A stretch of 63,873 bases of DNA, filler included, from Octopus bimaculoides (Eukaryota), in assembly GCF_001194135.2 (NCBI RefSeq). It is 5 parts of 4 records of this genome, joined end to end, with 100 filler letters (N's around TTAATTAATTAA, not from the genome) between each part and the next. Parts side by side here need not be neighbours in the genome. Positions count along the whole stretch, not along the records: positions 42,077 to 56,164 come from NC_068989.1; positions 56,265 to 61,498 come from NC_068985.1; positions 61,599 to 63,873 come from NW_026330819.1; 2 more parts are not named here. One strand, 5' to 3'. Made by a program: the position numbers and the translations under genes. This document shows positions 51,295 to 63,873 of the stretch, in pieces (the first letter of the stretch is position 1; each line of letters begins with the position of its first letter). Under the pieces are notes generated by a model that saw only the letters and a list, made by a program, of their open reading frames with translations, was not told where the DNA came from and did not search any database.

Positions 51295-54200
51295 TCATCA
51301 TCATCGTCTAACGTCCGCTTTCCATGCTAGCATGGGTTGGACGATTTAACTGAGGACTGATGAACCAGATGGCTACACCAGGCTCCAATCTGATTTCGCA
51401 GAGTCTCTACAGCTGGATGCCCTTCCTAACGCCAACCACTCTGAGTGTAGTGGGTGCTTTTACGTGCCACCGGCACAAAGGTCAGTCAAGCCGTACTGGC
51501 AACGGCCACGCTCAAAATGGTGTATTTTACATGCCACCTGCACAGGAGCCAGTCCAGTGGCACTGGCAACGATCTCGCTCGAATGTCTTTTCNNNNNNNN
51601 NNTTGGCATGGGGGCCAGTCGTCGAATTTGGTTTGATTTGGATTTCACTTGCTTTAACAGGTCTTCACAAGCGGAGTTTAGTGTCCAATGGAGGAAAGGT
51701 ACGCATAAGTGGGCTGGCTATATCCCCGGCAGAGGCCTTGGATTTTGGTCTCACTTGGCTTCCCGGGTCTTCTCACGCACAGCATATTTCCAAAGGTCTC
51801 AGTCAGAAGTCATTGCCTTGGTGAGGCCTAATGTTCGGAGGTCGTGCTTCACCACCTCATCCCAGGTCTTCCTGGCCCTGCCTCTTCCACAGGTTCCCTC
51901 AACCGCTAGGGTGTGGCACTTTTTCACACAGCTATCGTCATCCATTCTCGCCACGTGACCATACCAGCGCAATCGTCTCTCTTGACACCACAACTGATGC
52001 TTCTTAGGTTCAACTTTTCTCTCAAGGTACTTACACTCTGCTGAGTATGCACACTAACATTATACATCCATCGGAACATACTGGCTTCATTCCTTGCGAG
52101 CTTACGCATGTCCTCAGCAGTCATAGCCCATGTTTCACTGCCATGTAGCATGGCTGTTTGTACACATGCATCATACAGTCTGCCTTTTACTAATGTGGCA
52201 GAAGTTGTTTTCTGCATACTTACAGTGTTTAATGCTCCTGTACATCTGCTACATACAAAAACTAACTTCCTAGTTAGCCTGCCTTTGATATTGCTGCACC
52301 TCTTATGTGTCCATAGCTTGCACTGGGTACATCTTATAGAGTTACTACCTACTCCTTTTCTACATACTGAGCAGGGCCATCTACCTGAAGGGGTTTGTGT
52401 TTTATCTACCTTCCTACTTATTAGGACTTTGGTTTTAGCTAGGTTGACTCTGAGGCCCTTCGATTCTAGTTCTTGCTTCCACACCTGAAACTTCTCCTCT
52501 AGTTCTGATAGTGACTCAGCAATTAGTGCAATGTCATCAGCATAGAGGAGCTCCCAGGGGCAACCTGTCTTGAATTCCTGTGTTATTGCTGAGAGGATTA
52601 TGATAAATAGGAGAAGGCTGAGGACTGAACCTTGGTGGACCCCTACATCTATACGGAATTCTTCACTGTACTCGTTGCCAACCCTCACCTTACTGACAGC
52701 GTCTCTGTACATGGCTCGCACAGCTCTCACTAACCATTCTTCTATCCCTACTTTCCTCACTGACCACCAGATGAGGGATTGGGGGACCCTGTCAAAGCCA
52801 GGTTTATCCTTGGCTAGGTATTCCTCCTGAAGTTGTTTACCAGAAATATAGCATCAGTGGTGCTTTTCCCAGGCACGAACCCAAACTGCATCTCATCTAA
52901 ACTGACTCACTCCCTAATTAGTTGGGCTATGACCCTCTACGTGACTTTCATTACCTGATCTAACAACTTGATAACTCTGTAATTTTTTGTATCTAAAGCG
53001 TCACCTTTACCTTTGTAGCAGTTGACAATGGTGCTGCTACACCAGTCATTGGGTATGACTCCTTTGTGTATCACCTGATTAACAATACAGGTGACTAGGC
53101 TATAGCTGACACTGTCAGATATTTTGAGCATCGCTGCAGTGATTCCTGATGGGCCGGGAGCTTTCCCTGTCTTCATACTCTTAATTGCTTTATCTACCAT
53201 GGTACTGTCAACTCGGATAGCTGGTCCCTGTGTTGGGTCGACATTCAGCAGACTCTCTTTCTCCCATTCATTCTCTTTATTGAGCAATCTTTCGTAGTGG
53301 CATCTCCAAACCTCTTTCTTTGCAGCCTCATTTAGTGCAAGCGTACCATCATCCATGCGAACACATTTCTCTCCCACGACATCACGATTCTCTCTCACAC
53401 ACTGTCTTGCAGCACAAAATACCTCAAGTATTTGTTCCTCACTGCGCAGAACATTGGCAAATTTTTTCTCATGTGCCTCCCCTCTGGCTAAATAAACCTG
53501 TCGCCTAGCTTCCCTTCTGGCAGTCTGATACAATTCCCTGCTACCACCGTTCTTCCAGTCCTTCCAAGCCTGTTTCTTTTGTCTAATAGCCCTGTCAACA
53601 ACATTGTTCTACCACCGCGTTATTTTGGGTCGAGAAGGGACTTTGCACCATCCACAGATCTGGTCAGTGGCCCTCAGCAGGTTGTCCCGTAGACAACTCA
53701 AGTTGTCTTCTACATTGTGTGAAGCTATATCCCCTTCTATTTCGTCAAAGGCTTCGAGTAATAAGTCTCTAAATCTCTGTCCATTCGCAGGATCTTTGAG
53801 CTTCCACACCCTTCTCCTCCATGCTGGTCGTCTTCTGGGCAACCACTTAGCCCTGATCCTGAAGTCACTAACTACTAGTCTATGTTGTGGGGTACATTCT
53901 TCACCTGGGAAGGTTTCGGCATTTATAAGCAGCCATATTTCCCTTTTCCTGGCGAGGATATAGTCAATTTGGTTAGTGTGTCTGCCAGAACGGTAGGTGA
54001 CTAGGTGACTGGCAGGTTTCCTGAAGTTAGTATTGCAGATCATAAGGTCATTTGCATCACAGAACTCCAGCAGCCTGGTACCCTCCTCATTGAGGGAACC
54101 AAAACCATAGCCTCCATGTACGCCATAGAAGCCCCCTGAATGTTGTCCAACATGACCATTGAAGTCACCAGCCACAAAGAGAAGGTCCCTGTCATTCGTC

Positions 54201-55100
54201 GACGAGGTAGTCTACAGGAGGGTGTCATAAAATCGGTCTTTCTGTCCGTCGGGTAGCCTGGGTTGAGCGGCATAGGCTGAGATAATGGTTGCTAACCCAT
54301 GGTGAAGGACTAATCTAATCTTAAGTATTCTATTGCATACTCTAACTACCTCGATTACCTTATCCACCCATTTCTCTGCAAGAAGTATACCCACGCCCCT
54401 GACCCCATCTGTGTTCCCTGCTCAGAAAATCTTGTACCTGTGTTCTTTGCTTGTGAGGAACCTAGCTGAACCTCCTCTCCACCTTACTTCTTGGAGGCAG
54501 CAGATATCGACACATCTCCATTCAAGCATCTCAACAATCTCACCAGACCTACCTTTCAGTGTGCCGACGTTGAGAGAGCCAATCCTGAGGGTGTGGGAGG
54601 TATGGGCCTGTGAGACCCTGGGGCAGGGAACAGCAGCATCATGTATCTGAAAAGAAAGCTCGCATTTTGCAGAATTCATAAACAATCAGTAGCAATCATT
54701 TCAGCCTGCATCTACTACACTATCGTATTTTGCACCATATGATCGCTACCTTACATAGGAGATAAANNNNNNNNNNAAAATCTTGTACCTGTGTTCTTTG
54801 CTTGTGAGGAACCTAGCTGAACCTCCTCTCCACCTTACTTCTTGGAGGCAGCAGATATCGACACATCTCCATTCAAGCATCTCAACAATCTCACCAGACC
54901 TACCTTTCAGTGTGCCGACGTTGAGAGAGCCAATCCTGAGGGTGTGGGAGGTATGGGCCTGTGAGACCCTGGGGCAGGGAACAGCAGCATCATGTATCTG
55001 AAAAGAAAGCTCGCATTTTGCAGAATTCATAAACAATCAGTAGCAATCATTTCAGCCTGCATCTACTACACTATCGTATTTTGCACCATATGATCGCTAC
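51295..55100 (-). mobile_element. RTE-clade LINE, near full length (APE endonuclease + RT), with internal deletions
   Basis: APE LRIGSLNVGTLKGR…CCLQEVRW, AGDFNGHVG, NQIDYIL, QHRLVV; RT ORFs 52937-53533 and 51924-52760 (LLYADDIAL); (GAT)n tail at ~51295. Closely similar to 4851-6990. Confidence 0.95.
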
Positions 55101-55410
55101 CTTACATAGGAGATAAACCCAAAGTGGGGGTGGGGGGAATGGTGTGAAGCCTTTAGAAGTGTTCATGGGAGACAGTCAAGAACTTACGGTACTGATGGGG
55201 AAGATAGGAACTACCGGTACTGTAGTAGAAGATAGGAACTTCCGGTACTGGTAGAGGGAGTGGGAGGGCGGCAAATCCATTGCTGCAAAGGTATTTAGGA
55301 CCAGTGGAGGAATTGGGGTGAGCGCGCTAGTTTTATAGACCTGGCGAAGCAAGTGGTTAATCAAAAGAGAGAGGAGAAGAGAGAGAGAGAGCAAGGGAGT
55401 GGGATCGAGA

Positions 55411-55520
55411 GAGACAGAGTAAAGCAGATCGAAAGAGACAGAGTAAAGCAGATCGAAAGAGACAGAGTAAAGCAGATCGAAAGAGACAGAGTAAAGCAGA
55501 TCGAAAGAGACAGAGTAAGC
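55411..55520. repeat. 24-bp tandem repeat (~4.5 copies)
   Basis: Unit gagacagagtaaagcagatcgaaa at 55411, 55435, 55459 and 55483, partial at 55507; lies upstream of the RTE. Confidence 0.92.
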
Positions 55521-56264
55521 AGAGAGGGTTAGGCCAGAGCACGAGGGAGATACAGAAATATATTCTTTTGGGATTTCTGTGGCATAGACACAGTAAATAT
55601 TGAATGGTAGAAATATAGAATTGAGAAATAAGGGTTTTGGTCAGCTAAATCTAAGACAGAATTATAGAGATAGGTGATTATGTGAGAAAATTAAAACTGA
55701 AAAACTTGAATAACTGAGTGAATTTGGCGACATCGTTATGGACAACTGAAATGAATTTTACGACATTATAATGAGACGGACAGAATAGTGGAAGCACTAA
55801 GAAAGGTGTTACGAATCAGGGCATAAATAAATAGAAAAGTATGAGCGAGGCTAGAAAGACAGAGAAACTTATCTGATCATGCTTCTATGGTCGTATTAAT
55901 TCGGCAGAGATTCTAGGAACATATATATATATATATATATATTATAATAATAATAATAATATAGATTTAATCAAAAGATTAAATGTGGAACTTAAAATGT
56001 TTGAGGCACCAGAATTTGGTAGGGTAAAAACCAAAAACAAAATCAAGAGATTTGGTGAATAAAATTTCAAGAAAAGCAACAAAAATTCAATAGGTTATAG
56101 CAGTACGTACGTTTCGTACAAACTTCATTTATTCATGTAGTGAGAACACTACATAAAATGTACANNNNNNNNNNNNNNNNNNNNNNNNNNNNNNNNNNNN
56201 NNNNNNNNTTAATTAATTAANNNNNNNNNNNNNNNNNNNNNNNNNNNNNNNNNNNNNNNNNNNN

Positions 56265-56700
56265 GAATGTAGAATCTAAAAACAGAAACAATTCCTATCA
56301 TAGTAGGTGCCTTAGGTATAATAAAAAAATATTCAGACAAATACATAACAAAAACACCAGGACTTACAAATATATATAACATACAGAAAATTGCACTACT
56401 GGGTACTGCACACATTCTACGCAAAACACTTTCAATACAGTAAACATAAGAGCACCACAGCAAACCACAGCACATACCCAAGGCGCACAGAGCTGCGCTC
56501 GGTAGTGAAGTGAAAGCACGTTATAAAAATAAAACTACTGAATAATAATAATAATAATAATAATAACACTAGATATAGTAACCATAAGAGCACCACAGCA
56601 AACCACAGCACATACCCAAGGCGCACAGAGCTGCGCTCGGTAGTGAAGTGAAAGCACGTTATAAAAATAAAACTACTGAATAATAATAATAATAATAATG
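56265..56700 (+). mobile_element. R4/Dong-like retroposon 3' end with duplicated 3'UTR, each copy followed by (TAA)n
   Basis: NLKTETIPIIVGALGIIKKY…IQKIALLGTAHILRKTLSIQ*; UTR cataagagcacc…aactactg repeated at ~56445 and ~56583. Confidence 0.85.
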
Positions 56701-56719
56701 ATGATAATAATAATAGTAA

Positions 56720-57290
56720 TAATAATCAGACAACAAGAAGAGCGCCAGGCGATTTAGTATAGATTGTTTATTTTACGGTTTGAACAATATTTCGACAAAT
56801 TGTCTGTCTTCATCAAGCGCAAAATGTAAAATGAAAAACAACTTCAAAAACACAGAAATTCAAATTATAAACGAGGAAAACTGTGATCCTATTTTGATAG
56901 AATGACATCATCAGTTTTCAGTTTTGTAACTGGTAAAAGGAAAAAGAAAGAAAAAAGAATATTTAGTCGAACAGTTTTATGTAAATGTTATGAAATTCAA
57001 CTGTCATTTTATTCATTCATCCAGGAATATTCTGTTTTTTTCCCGTTTTTTTCCCGTTTTTCTTCTTTCTTTTTCCTTTTACCAGCTACAAAATTGAAAA
57101 CTGATGATGTGGGGAGGGGACGAGTTGCAATAGGAACGCAGAATTTCCTAGTTCACATTTAGCATCTCTGTATTTCTGTAGCTGTTTTCATTTTACATTT
57201 TGGATTTAAAAAGATCTGTCGAAATATGGCTCAAACCGATAAATAAATTATCTATTACAAATTGCATCGTGCTCTTCTAATTGCCTATTT
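56720..57290. repeat. Diverged long inverted repeat with hammerhead-like core (Penelope-like)
   Basis: acatcatcagttttcagttttgtaactggtaaaagg (~56905-56940) pairs with cctttttaccagctacaaaattgaaaactgatgatgt (~57074-57110); further homology between 56730-56850 and 57180-57280. Confidence 0.75.
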
Positions 57291-57562
57291 ACCTTCGTGG
57301 AGAATTCGGTCAATCTCTATGAAATAATTATAATAATAATCCTTTTATTTTATTAGCAATAAAAACCGACAACAATACGATTGGACATTACAAAACATGA
57401 AGGACATGTGGGGTTACGTAAAGTGTTTGTAAAAAGACGATAATGAAAAATATAACAAATAAAATGTCTAACAGAGGCAAGCAACTCAGGGTTACTCATG
57501 GAGACCCCACGAAAAATCCACAAGCGCCTTGTTCACTAGGGCAAGAGACCTCTTCCTATCTT

Positions 57563-57619
<57 letters not shown>

Positions 57620-57639
57620 CTTGGAAACTCAAAAGCGCA

Positions 57640-58977
57640 TGCTCAAAGTAGGCCCGCTGACATGGACCATCTTCACCACATTCACCCACCTTTTAGCAAA
57701 TTTGCTGCAAATCAGCACCTCTCTCTCAACCCTCACTTTCCTTTTCAGATGGTATTTTTGTAGCTGTAGTGGTGGTTGCGGTCAGCACTTCTGTTGGTGG
57801 CGTTTTTGCCTCTCGTGTGGTCGTTTTTGGTGTTTTTGCTGGAGCCCTCTCTGCTTTCTTTTCGGGGGGTTTCTTCTCTTGTTGGGATTGCTTGTGTTGT
57901 TGGTGTTGCTCCTGTAGTTGGGAATACTTCAGTTGCTGTGGTGTGGGTGGTGCTTGTATCATGGGGGTAGTGCCCTCCTCCTGTTTTAGTTGGGAACAGA
58001 AGGCTTTCAGATGGTTATTCTGTCCGCATTGATACCATCTTGACCTTCTGCCCTCAAGTGTGACATTCAGCATAGTGCAATATGGAAGGCTGAGTTGGTC
58101 AGGAATTTGTTCCAATACGTCTTGGTTTATTTGGATTATTATTTGCAATTCCTGACCAGTCCAGTTGTTTTTTTTCCTTGTTTCTCGACTTGGATAATTC
58201 TGATTTATCTTCTAAGTCGAGGAGGACGGCTGCGACAATCCAACAAGCCTTCATTTCATGTGGTATCTCCAGTATTTTTATCCCATATATGTTAGAACTA
58301 GGACAAGTTCACTGTTTCTCAGCTGGGCTGTTGAGTACTGTTTCGCTGAGTCTTCTGTAGCAAATCTGACTTCAGTTGTGTCATATTTCTTAACCACGTC
58401 AGATATGTTACGTCTTTCCAAATGGGTTGCAAGTATTTCTCAACTGCTTGCTTTGTGACAATTTCTATTCGTTTATTTTTTAATGATATAGTTTTGTACA
58501 CTATGGTACGTTTTCTCTATGATATCTGGCAGTGTATTTATCGAAACACATCTTTCACTTTTTCTTTTTAAAATGTTTCTATAGTTTTTGAGAGATTCTA
58601 AAGAAACATTTATAAATTCATTGCTAGGTTTTGCTAATGAAGCGTTCAATGTGTTAGGGTTAGTGGTGGTAGTGGGAGGGCTTGGATTCCCAGGTGTTGC
58701 GACGCTAGCAGCGTCGATTAGCTGAATTTCCTTGCTCTTTTCCTCTTCTTTTTCGTGTTTCTTTTCTTCTTTTTTCTTCTGTTGATCAGCGTTGCACGTG
58801 CTAGCAAGACTTTGGTCGTCCTTCTTCCTGTCTTTTAAAGCGCGGAGTGGGAGGAGACAATTAATTTTAAAACTTATTTGGCTGTCTTCCGACAGCAGAG
58901 TGGGGAAGTCAAAAAGGAAGCAAGAGCTGATACTCTCCTCCAAGGACATTTTTGCAAATTTTAAAATCGAAAGATGG

Positions 58978-58990
<13 letters not shown>
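57640..58990 (-). mobile_element. L1/Tx1-like ORF1 (gag-like) remnant
   Basis: Frameshifted minus ORFs 58473-58949 and 57726-58148; knuckle-like (W)YQCGQNNHLKAFC followed by a Q/T/P/K-rich tail; related fragment at 17200-17530. Confidence 0.55.
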
Positions 58991-59013
<23 letters not shown>

Positions 59014-60263
59014 NNNNNNNNNNNNNNNNNNNNNNNNNNNNNNNNNNNNNNNNNNNNNNNNNNNNNNNNNNNNNNNNNNNNNNNNNNNNNNNNNNNNNNN
59101 NNNNNNNNNNNNNNNNNNNNNNNNNNNNNNNNNNNNNNNNNNNNNNNNNNNNNNNNNNNNNNNNNNNNNNNNNNNNNNNNNNNNNNNNNNNNNNNNNNNN
59201 NNNNNNNNNNNNNNNNNNNNNNNNNNNNNNNNNNNNNNNNNNNNNNNNNNNNNNNNNNNNNNNNNNNNNNNNNNNNNNNNNNNNNNNNNNNNNNNNNNNN
59301 NNNNNNNNNNNNNNNNNNNNNNNNNNNNNNNNNNNNNNNNNNNNNNNNNNNNNNNNNNNNNNNNNNNNNNNNNNNNNNNNNNNNNNNNNNNNNNNNNNNN
59401 NNNNNNNNNNNNNNNNNNNNNNNNNNNNNNNNNNNNNNNNNNNNNNNNNNNNNNNNNNNNNNNNNNNNNNNNNNNNNNNNNNNNNNNNNNNNNNNNNNNN
59501 NNNNNNNNNNNNNNNNNNNNNNNNNNNNNNNNNNNNNNNNNNNNNNNNNNNNNNNNNNNNNNNNNNNNNNNNNNNNNNNNNNNNNNNNNNNNNNNNNNNN
59601 NNNNNNNNNNNNNNNNNNNNNNNNNNNNNNNNNNNNNNNNNNNNNNNNNNNNNNNNNNNNNNNNNNNNNNNNNNNNNNNNNNNNNNNNNNNNNNNNNNNN
59701 NNNNNNNNNNNNNNNNNNNNNNNNNNNNNNNNNNNNNNNNNNNNNNNNNNNNTGTAGAGTTGAATTTCGTGTAGCCACCTGTCAGCAATATTTCTCCGCC
59801 AACCATGTTATAAGGGGTATAACCCATTTTTCTGAGCTCTTTTCACAGTGTTTCACACCTTTCGAAATTTGCATTAGTTTTTGTATGAAAAAAAAAAAAA
59901 AGGGTGGGGCTTGTTTGTAGTTTGTAGAGAAAACGTTAAACGTGCCTCCGTTTAACATCGTCTTTCCCCACCGCGATTTATAGACATGAAAAACTATCAA
60001 ACAAGGTGAATAAGTACCAGAGGTGGGGGAAAGAAGAGAGAATTAACACTCGATCATTCTCGAACTCCCAGAATGAAAACCTAAACACCTGAAAGACTTT
60101 CCCTCTATTCATTACTAAACGTCTTTCCTTCTTCATTGTTAAAAGTAAAGAAGCTAGAAAAAAATCGACCGTATTTCAGTTTAACTGTCCTTTTAAATGA
60201 CTGAGGCTTTCCTTTCCATGTCTCTATCGCTTCACTCCTTTTCTCTACGGTTAAGAGTGTGAA

Positions 60264-60575
60264 GGTGCATGGCTCAGTGGTTAGGGGTATTCGACCCACG
60301 ATCGTAAAGTCATGGGTACGATTTCCGGCGGTGCGCTGTGTTCTTAGGCAAGACACCCTACTTCACCTTGCTGCAGTCCACTCATATGGCAAAAGTGAGT
60401 TGAAGCTGTAATTCAAAGGGGACAACCATGTCCCATTCTGTGTGAGGCTGAACCCCACTACGTTAATGGTATGCATGTCTATGGAGTACTCAGTCACTTG
60501 TGCGTTAATTTTACGAGCAGACTGTTCCGTTGATCAGATAAACAGGGACCTCGTCATCGTAACCGACGGAGTACC
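60264..60575 (+). mobile_element. tRNA-derived SINE
   Basis: A box TGGCTCAGTGG (60270-60280), degenerate B box ggtacgatttcc, body shared with 23540-23860; partial copy at 60910-61050. Confidence 0.85.
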
Positions 60576-61112
60576 ATTTTTTAAAAAGAGTGAAAGAAAA
60601 GGAAACGTTCCATATCGTAAGACAAAGATGTCCTGTGTTTAGTATAATCCGTGAAAACTAAGACAAAATAATTGCTATTCCATCGTGTAGTGACTTCGCC
60701 CTCGACTCACGCTCAGTTTGATAACAACAGCTTGTGCATCGGTGTTTATCTGGGGCCTTGGCTTCCAGGTCTGTGAGACCGACCCACAAATGCCACTGTT
60801 AGGACTGAATTAACGCCTATAGTGACCTTGACGACTAAAAAGATTTTCCTGACCCTATGTAGGATGTTTTTTCGTTTTCTTCCAACTACTTGAAGGCTTA
60901 TCTTGGTGCAGTCTACTCAGGTGGTCAAAATGAGTTGTAGCTGTTATTCAAAGGGGCCAGCCTTGTCATATTCTGTGTGAGGTTGAATCTCCCTGAGAAG
61001 TACGTTAATGGTACACGTCTGTAGAGTACTCAGCCACTTGCGAGTTAATTTTATCCTCCTGAAAACGGAAATTGACATCATCCAATATTTGCTGTAGTTA
61101 TTTGTCATTGAT

Positions 61113-61498
61113 TTAACAATGTGTTTATGTGTCTATGCATCTACTTTTCTTTCAATGTATGTATCAGTCTATTCTGAAAATACTGATAAACATTTAAAAA
61201 CACAAAACAAAACGAAAGCCACCTTCCTTTCAATTACCACTCACTGTCTCCCTCACTCCCTCACTCCCTCTCTTTCTGTCTCACTTCTTCTCTGGCCCTC
61301 CTCTCTCCTACTTTCAAGTTAACAATGTGTGTTCGATGTATGCATCCGTCTACTCTGAAAATACTGATAAACATTAAAAAAGAAAATTAAAAAAAAAGGA
61401 CGGACACCTTCCTTTCAGCCACCACTCACTATCTCTGTCACTCTTTCTCTTTCACTTCCTCTCTGATCTTCATCTCTCCCGCTTTGCCACTCACTTCA
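61113..61498. repeat. Diverged ~205-bp tandem duplication
   Basis: Both units start aacaatgtgt…tatgcatc…tctgaaaatactgataaacatt…caccttcctttc…accactcact. Confidence 0.75.
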
Positions 61499-61859
61499 NN
61501 NNNNNNNNNNNNNNNNNNNNNNNNNNNNNNNNNNNNNNNNNNTTAATTAATTAANNNNNNNNNNNNNNNNNNNNNNNNNNNNNNNNNNNNNNNNNNNNTA
61601 TATAGATAGATATAGATATAACTAGTTGAAAAACGATCTTCAGTTATTCCCATACAAGATATCAAAAGCACATCTTTTGTCTGAAGCCCCACCAAAAATA
61701 GATCGCAAAGAGCAAATCTTCTGCAAAAGCTAAGAGATGGCACGCAACCGCCATTACTATACATAAGGAGAAAATTATTCAGTGTGCAAGTATGTCACAA
61801 TCCACAAAATGCTCGTATATGTGCAGTAAATAAAGAGGACATTGTTATAAAAAAATAAA

Positions 61860-62400
61860 AAAGATTATCCTTTCAGCGGCAGGCAGAAGTCTGCATCTAT
61901 AATAGTGTAGGTGAGTTTGACCTCAAATGAGATGAAAACACATCTAATCCTCTTTGAAGGTGTAAAAACTATCAACATGTTTATTTGGACATGTTGTAGC
62001 ATAAAATAGTCTCTTGGGTTATTGCAACAATTGGAGACGAAGATGTAACTCTTCAACAACATGGTGCAACGTCTCATACCACTAAAAAAGTCCAGGAATG
62101 GTGCCAAGAGGATTTCAAGTCATTCTGGTCGAAAGAGTTCTGAACTCCCTTTCACCCGATAGATTTTGGCATATGGTCTATCTTTGAGAGCAATGCCTGT
62201 GCTAATTCTCACACGTATCTCAGAGCACCATTTCCGAAAATGCTGGGACGAAATCTCTGAAGAAACTGTTCGTGCCACTTATTCCCAAGTTGTTCTCAGA
62301 CTCCGGCAGGTAGTCTCCACCAACGGTGGACATATTGAAAATTAAATATATCATCTTAATCTACATTTGAGCATATTTAAATTCGATATATCATTTCGTA
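61860..62400 (+). mobile_element. Tc1/mariner (maT/DD37D-like) transposase C-terminal remnant
   Basis: LQQHGATSHTTKKVQEWCQEDFKSFWSKEF*TPF…DFGIWSIFESNAC, compared with the consensus QQDGAPSHT…WPPSSPDLNPLDYSIW. Confidence 0.75.
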
Positions 62401-62466
62401 TCGAGGATGTTATTTGAATAAACATGTCTACATCTCGTTTGATCACCTTGTGTATATATATATTTA

Positions 62467-62505
<39 letters not shown>

Positions 62506-63413
62506 TTGTGTGCGTGTATGTGTGTGTGTTTTTGTGTGCGTGTGTGTGCGCGTGTGTTGTGTTAATCCTAAGTTTACCTGTTCAAAGTAAACATGTTCAG
62601 GCTATTANNNNNNNNNNNNNNNNNNNNNNNNNNNNNNNNNNNNNNNNNNNNNNNNNNNNNNNNNNNNNNNNNNNNNNNNNNNNNNNNNNNNNNNNNNNNN
62701 NNNNNNNNNNNNNNNNNNNNNNNNNNNNNNNNNNNNNNNNNNNNNNNNNNNNNNNNNNNNNNNNNNNNNNNNNNNNNNNNNNNNNNNNNNNNNNNNNNNN
62801 NNNNNNNNNNNNNNNNNNNNNNNNNNNNNNNNNNNNNNNNNNNNNNNNNNNNNNNNNNNNNNNNNNNNNNNNNNNNNNNNNNNNNNNNNNNNNNNNNNNN
62901 NNNNNNNNNNNNNNNNNNNNNNNNNNNNNNNNNNNNNNNNNNNNNNNNNNNNNNNNNNNNNNNNNNNNNNNNNNNNNNNNNNNNNNNNNNNNNNNNNNNN
63001 NNNNNNNNNNNNNNNNNNNNNNNNNNNNNNNNNNNNNNNNNNNNNNNNNNNNNNNNNNNNNNNNNNNNNNNNNNNNNNNNNNNNNNNNNNNNNNNNNNNN
63101 NNNNNNNNNNNNNNNNNNNNNNNNNNNNNNNNNNNNNNNNNNNNNNNNNNNNNNNNNNNNNNNNNNNNNNNNNNNNNNNNNNNNNNNNNNNNNNNNNNNN
63201 NNNNNNNNNNNNNNNNNNNNNNNNNNNNNNNNNNNNNNNNNNNNNNNNNNNNNNNNNNNNNNNNNNNNNNNNNNNNNNNNNNNNNNNNNNNNNNNNNNNN
63301 NNNNNNNNNNNNNNNNNNNNNNNNNNNNNNNNNNNNNNNNNNNNNNNNNNNNNNNNNNNNNNNNNNNNNNNNNNNNTATATATATATATATATGTATGTA
63401 TGTATATTATATA

Positions 63414-63444
<31 letters not shown>

Positions 63445-63510
63445 GGATATACAAACGCACAGTCGCATAGACACACAGATAAACACACATACACACGCAC
63501 ACACACACAT

Positions 63511-63545
<35 letters not shown>

Positions 63546-63873
63546 CATATACAGGCACATACATATATGTATAAATACATACATACATATATATTGAAGA
63601 CAACTATATAAATATATATACTGGTTAATTAGCGTTAATTGAAATTATCCAATATTCTCTCTCACAGTCTCTCTCTCTTTCACCCTGTAGACACACATGC
63701 ATACTTTCTTATACCTACATACAAACATACATACATACATACATACACACATACATACATACAACCATACATACACACACGCACGCACGCACGCACACCT
63801 ATATATATATATGCACACATATATTTCTCTAACTCCGCTTTTTGACTGGCCATCTTTCTTTTACTATATATAT

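Noticed and set aside
54422-55100. Exact tandem duplication of the RTE endonuclease 5' part (also 33029-33138)
   Set aside because: Identical copies flank a 10-N gap, the signature of an unmerged contig overlap.
55411-55520. Short repeat array as CRISPR
   Set aside because: Head-to-tail repeats without spacers, in a eukaryotic context with no cas genes.
60264-60340. tRNA-like A/B boxes (also at 19992 and 23860)
   Set aside because: No complete cloverleaf; these are SINE heads, not tRNA genes.

Overview
AT-rich, gap-containing eukaryotic scaffold that is mostly repeats. The repeat landscape (tRNA-derived SINEs, RTE tails ending in (GAT)n, very long (TA)n/(CA)n tracts) looks like an octopus genome; that attribution is inference. 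Two convergent host genes are only partly visible. (1) Plus strand: the 3' end of a kinesin light chain gene (exon 21975-22032 MKRASSLSVLPTSSKDKLS; terminal exon 24943-25023; probable ~4.8 kb 3'UTR to a poly(A) site near 29790). Between these exons sits an unannotated acceptor that could give either a 63-nt cassette or a frame-switching 4-nt microexon. (2) Minus strand: three phase-compatible 5' coding exons of an ANKZF1/Vms1 homologue (50106-50313, 48604-48695, 46829-46925), including its C2H2 zinc finger. No later ANKZF1 exons could be found, and a diverged copy of exon 1 lies in intron 1. The rest is degraded mobile DNA: two long RTE LINEs plus many RTE tails, R4/Dong-type RLE retroposons, CsRn1-like and Mag-like gypsy elements, Tc1/mariner, piggyBac, hAT/Buster, an L1/Tx1-like ORF1 and SINEs. 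There are also hammerhead-ribozyme-like motifs and fold-back structures that suggest Penelope-like elements. All protein family calls come from motif recognition by eye, not database searches. TE boundaries are approximate unless terminal motifs are quoted.
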